A stretch of 64,000 nucleotides of DNA, taken from NCBI GenBank assembly GCA_020725335.1, contig DYFF01000020.1, forward strand, positions 146,434 to 210,433, in the 5' to 3' direction. How positions within the stretch are numbered: the stretch's first letter is position 1; each line of letters opens with the position of its first letter. The notes beneath the pieces were generated by a model that made no database searches, had not been told where the DNA came from, and saw only the letters and a list, made by a program, of their open reading frames with translations. This document shows positions 62,427 to 64,000 of the stretch, piece after piece. Made by a program: the position numbers and the translations under genes. The stretch is from Thermodesulfovibrio sp. (lineage in GTDB: Bacteria > Nitrospirota > Thermodesulfovibrionia > Thermodesulfovibrionales > Thermodesulfovibrionaceae).

Positions 62427-64000
62427 ATGTGGATAAAATGGATTGAACTTAATGGATTTAAATCCTTTCCTGAAAAGACAAAAATAGAGTTCCATGGTGG
62501 AATAACTTGCTTTGTAGGACCTAATGGAGCAGGAAAAAGTAATATTGTTGATGCCTTTAGATGGATACTTGGTGAACACAACCCCCGTATTTTAAGGGGA
62601 GAAAAAATGGAGGAAGTAATTTTTCAAGGTTCTACCTCAAAAAAGGAAAAAGGACTTGCTGAAGTATCAATGTTTTTAAGTATTGAAAAAAATGATGAAG
62701 AAAATGGCAATAAACCTCTAAGTCGCGAAATAGAAATAAAAAGAAGGCTTTACAGAACAGGGGAATCAGTTTTTATTATCAACGGAAAACAGTCAAGATT
62801 AAAAGATATAAAGGAAATATTTATTTCTGAAGGTGTTGACGTAAGAACATATTCAATAATTGATCAAATAAAAATAAACGAGATTCTATCTAAGTCTTCT
62901 CATAGAAAGGCTCTCCTTGAAGAGTGTGCTGGAATTTCACTTTATAAAATGAAGAAGGCAGAATCAGAGGGGAAATTACAATCAGCAAAAGAAAACTTAC
63001 AGAGAATTGAGGATATTCTTGGAGAGTTAAAAAAGCAATACTCTTTACTCGAAAGACAAGCAAAGAGAGCTGAAAAATATAAAAAAATCCTTAATGAACT
63101 GTCAGACTTAGAATTAAAAGTTTCCAAAGCAGAAAGTCTTAAGCTACTTGCAGATTTAACAAAACTCAAAGAAGAAATTCATAATCTTAACATTAAACAT
63201 GAGAAACTAAAAGAAGAAAACATTATAATTACCTCAGAACTCAATGAACAGAAAAATAAAGTTCATGAGATGGAAATTTTCATACAGCAAAAAGACAATG
63301 ACATTAAGAACAAAGCGCTCGAAAAGGCAAAAATAGAAAAGGAATTAGCCTTACTTGTTCAAGAAGAAAAAAATAAAAATCACGTAATAGAGAGACTGCA
63401 ACAAGAAAATTCTTTATTATCAAATGAAATAGAAAAAATCCGAACGGAACTAAACGAATCTCAAATACAGGTGCAGGATACGGAAGAAAGGTTAAACAAT
63501 CTTCAAAAAGAAATAATAATTTATGAAGAGACTCTTTTAAAGTTTCAAAAGAGAGTTGCTGAATTAGAAAATATACTTGAAAAAGAACGTAAATATCTTT
63601 TTAATCTTACTACCGAACTTGCGAATAAAAAAAATTTCTATCAATCTATTAAAAAATCCTTAGAGATTGGTCAAAATAGATTAAATTCCTTTACATATAA
63701 AAAAGAGGAAATATCTCAAAAAATAAAACAAAGTGAGGCGGAACTAAAAAATACAGAAATAAAAATAAAAAACCTTAAAGAGTCTTTGCAAGGTGAACAC
63801 ACCGAATTAAAGAAACTAATAGACACATTATCGCTTTTAGATAAAACCTTAGATGAAAAAAATCAAAAATTAATAGAAAGAAAAAAAGAAGAAGCGACAG
63901 TTACTGGTAAAATTGAAGCTTTAGTTTCAGAAATCTGGGAAGAAGATATAAAAAGTAAATTATTTTTTGAATGTATTGAAGTCTCTCCCGAAGTAGAAGA
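62427..64000 (+). CDS. smc: chromosome segregation protein SMC, 5' part (runs off the window)
   Basis: ATG at 62427. The translation reads MWIKWIELNGFKSFPEKTKIEFHGGITCFVGPNGAGKSNIVDAFRWILGE (Walker A), then a long K/E/L-rich coiled coil. The frame is open to the window end. It is absent from the ORF track because it has no stop. Confidence 0.9.
   Translation, partial: MWIKWIELNGFKSFPEKTKIEFHGGITCFVGPNGAGKSNIVDAFRWILGEHNPRILRGEKMEEVIFQGSTSKKEKGLAEVSMFLSIEKNDEENGNKPLSREIEIKRRLYRTGESVFIINGKQSRLKDIKEIFISEGVDVRTYSIIDQIKINEILSKSSHRKALLEECAGISLYKMKKAESEGKLQSAKENLQRIEDILGELKKQYSLLERQAKRAEKYKKILNELSDLELKVSKAESLKLLADLTKLKEEIHNLNIKHEKLKEENIIITSELNEQKNKVHEMEIFIQQKDNDIKNKALEKAKIEKELALLVQEEKNKNHVIERLQQENSLLSNEIEKIRTELNESQIQVQDTEERLNNLQKEIIIYEETLLKFQKRVAELENILEKERKYLFNLTTELANKKNFYQSIKKSLEIGQNRLNSFTYKKEEISQKIKQSEAELKNTEIKIKNLKESLQGEHTELKKLIDTLSLLDKTLDEKNQKLIERKKEEATVTGKIEALVSEIWEEDIKSKLFFECIEVSPEVE

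Overview
The window is AT-rich, densely coding core chromosome from an anaerobic, flagellated sulfate reducer. I found no transposase, integrase, CRISPR array or rRNA. The gene content is dsrA-dsrB-dsrD, futalosine-pathway mqn genes, a group 3b-type NiFe hydrogenase and two sigma-54 two-component pairs. Together with the low GC, this suggests a Thermodesulfovibrio-like Nitrospirota genome, but that is inference only.

Main blocks, in order:
- pstA(partial)-pstB
- the rfaE/hisS/divIVA/yggT/proC/yggS cluster
- a sensor kinase and NtrC-type regulator next to a KPAEPA-repeat secreted protein
- an MFS/ChrB-like/zinc-ribbon operon with a structured upstream region
- a frameshifted PiT-family permease plus a tandem USP
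- uppP-ftsK
- the flagellin-flaG-fliD-fliS cluster, with a near-consensus sigma-28 promoter and a CsrA-type leader hairpin
- moeA and uvrC
- an unusual three-domain XRE-cupin regulator
- a GltB-like FMN protein and a four-gene sulfhydrogenase-type hydrogenase operon
- CGGC/DUF2207/LemA
- a heme-c sensor kinase with an NtrC-type regulator
- tRNA-Ser(UGA) and pgm
- a tightly packed nine-gene operon mixing mqn genes, an AbiEii-like NTase pair, an NADPH-motif-less TrxB-like protein, a HEAT protein, archease and RtcB
- a fluoride riboswitch in front of a cation:proton antiporter-USP pair
- tatA, PAP2/GT39, kup, hisD, cutA, cinA, dsrABD and the 5' part of smc

No single obviously new system stands out. 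The best candidates for follow-up are the composite mqn/RtcB/NTase operon, the degenerate KaiC-like-XRE-cupin regulator, the structured region upstream of the MFS operon and the fluoride riboswitch regulon.

All family assignments come from reading motifs in the translations. No database search was run.
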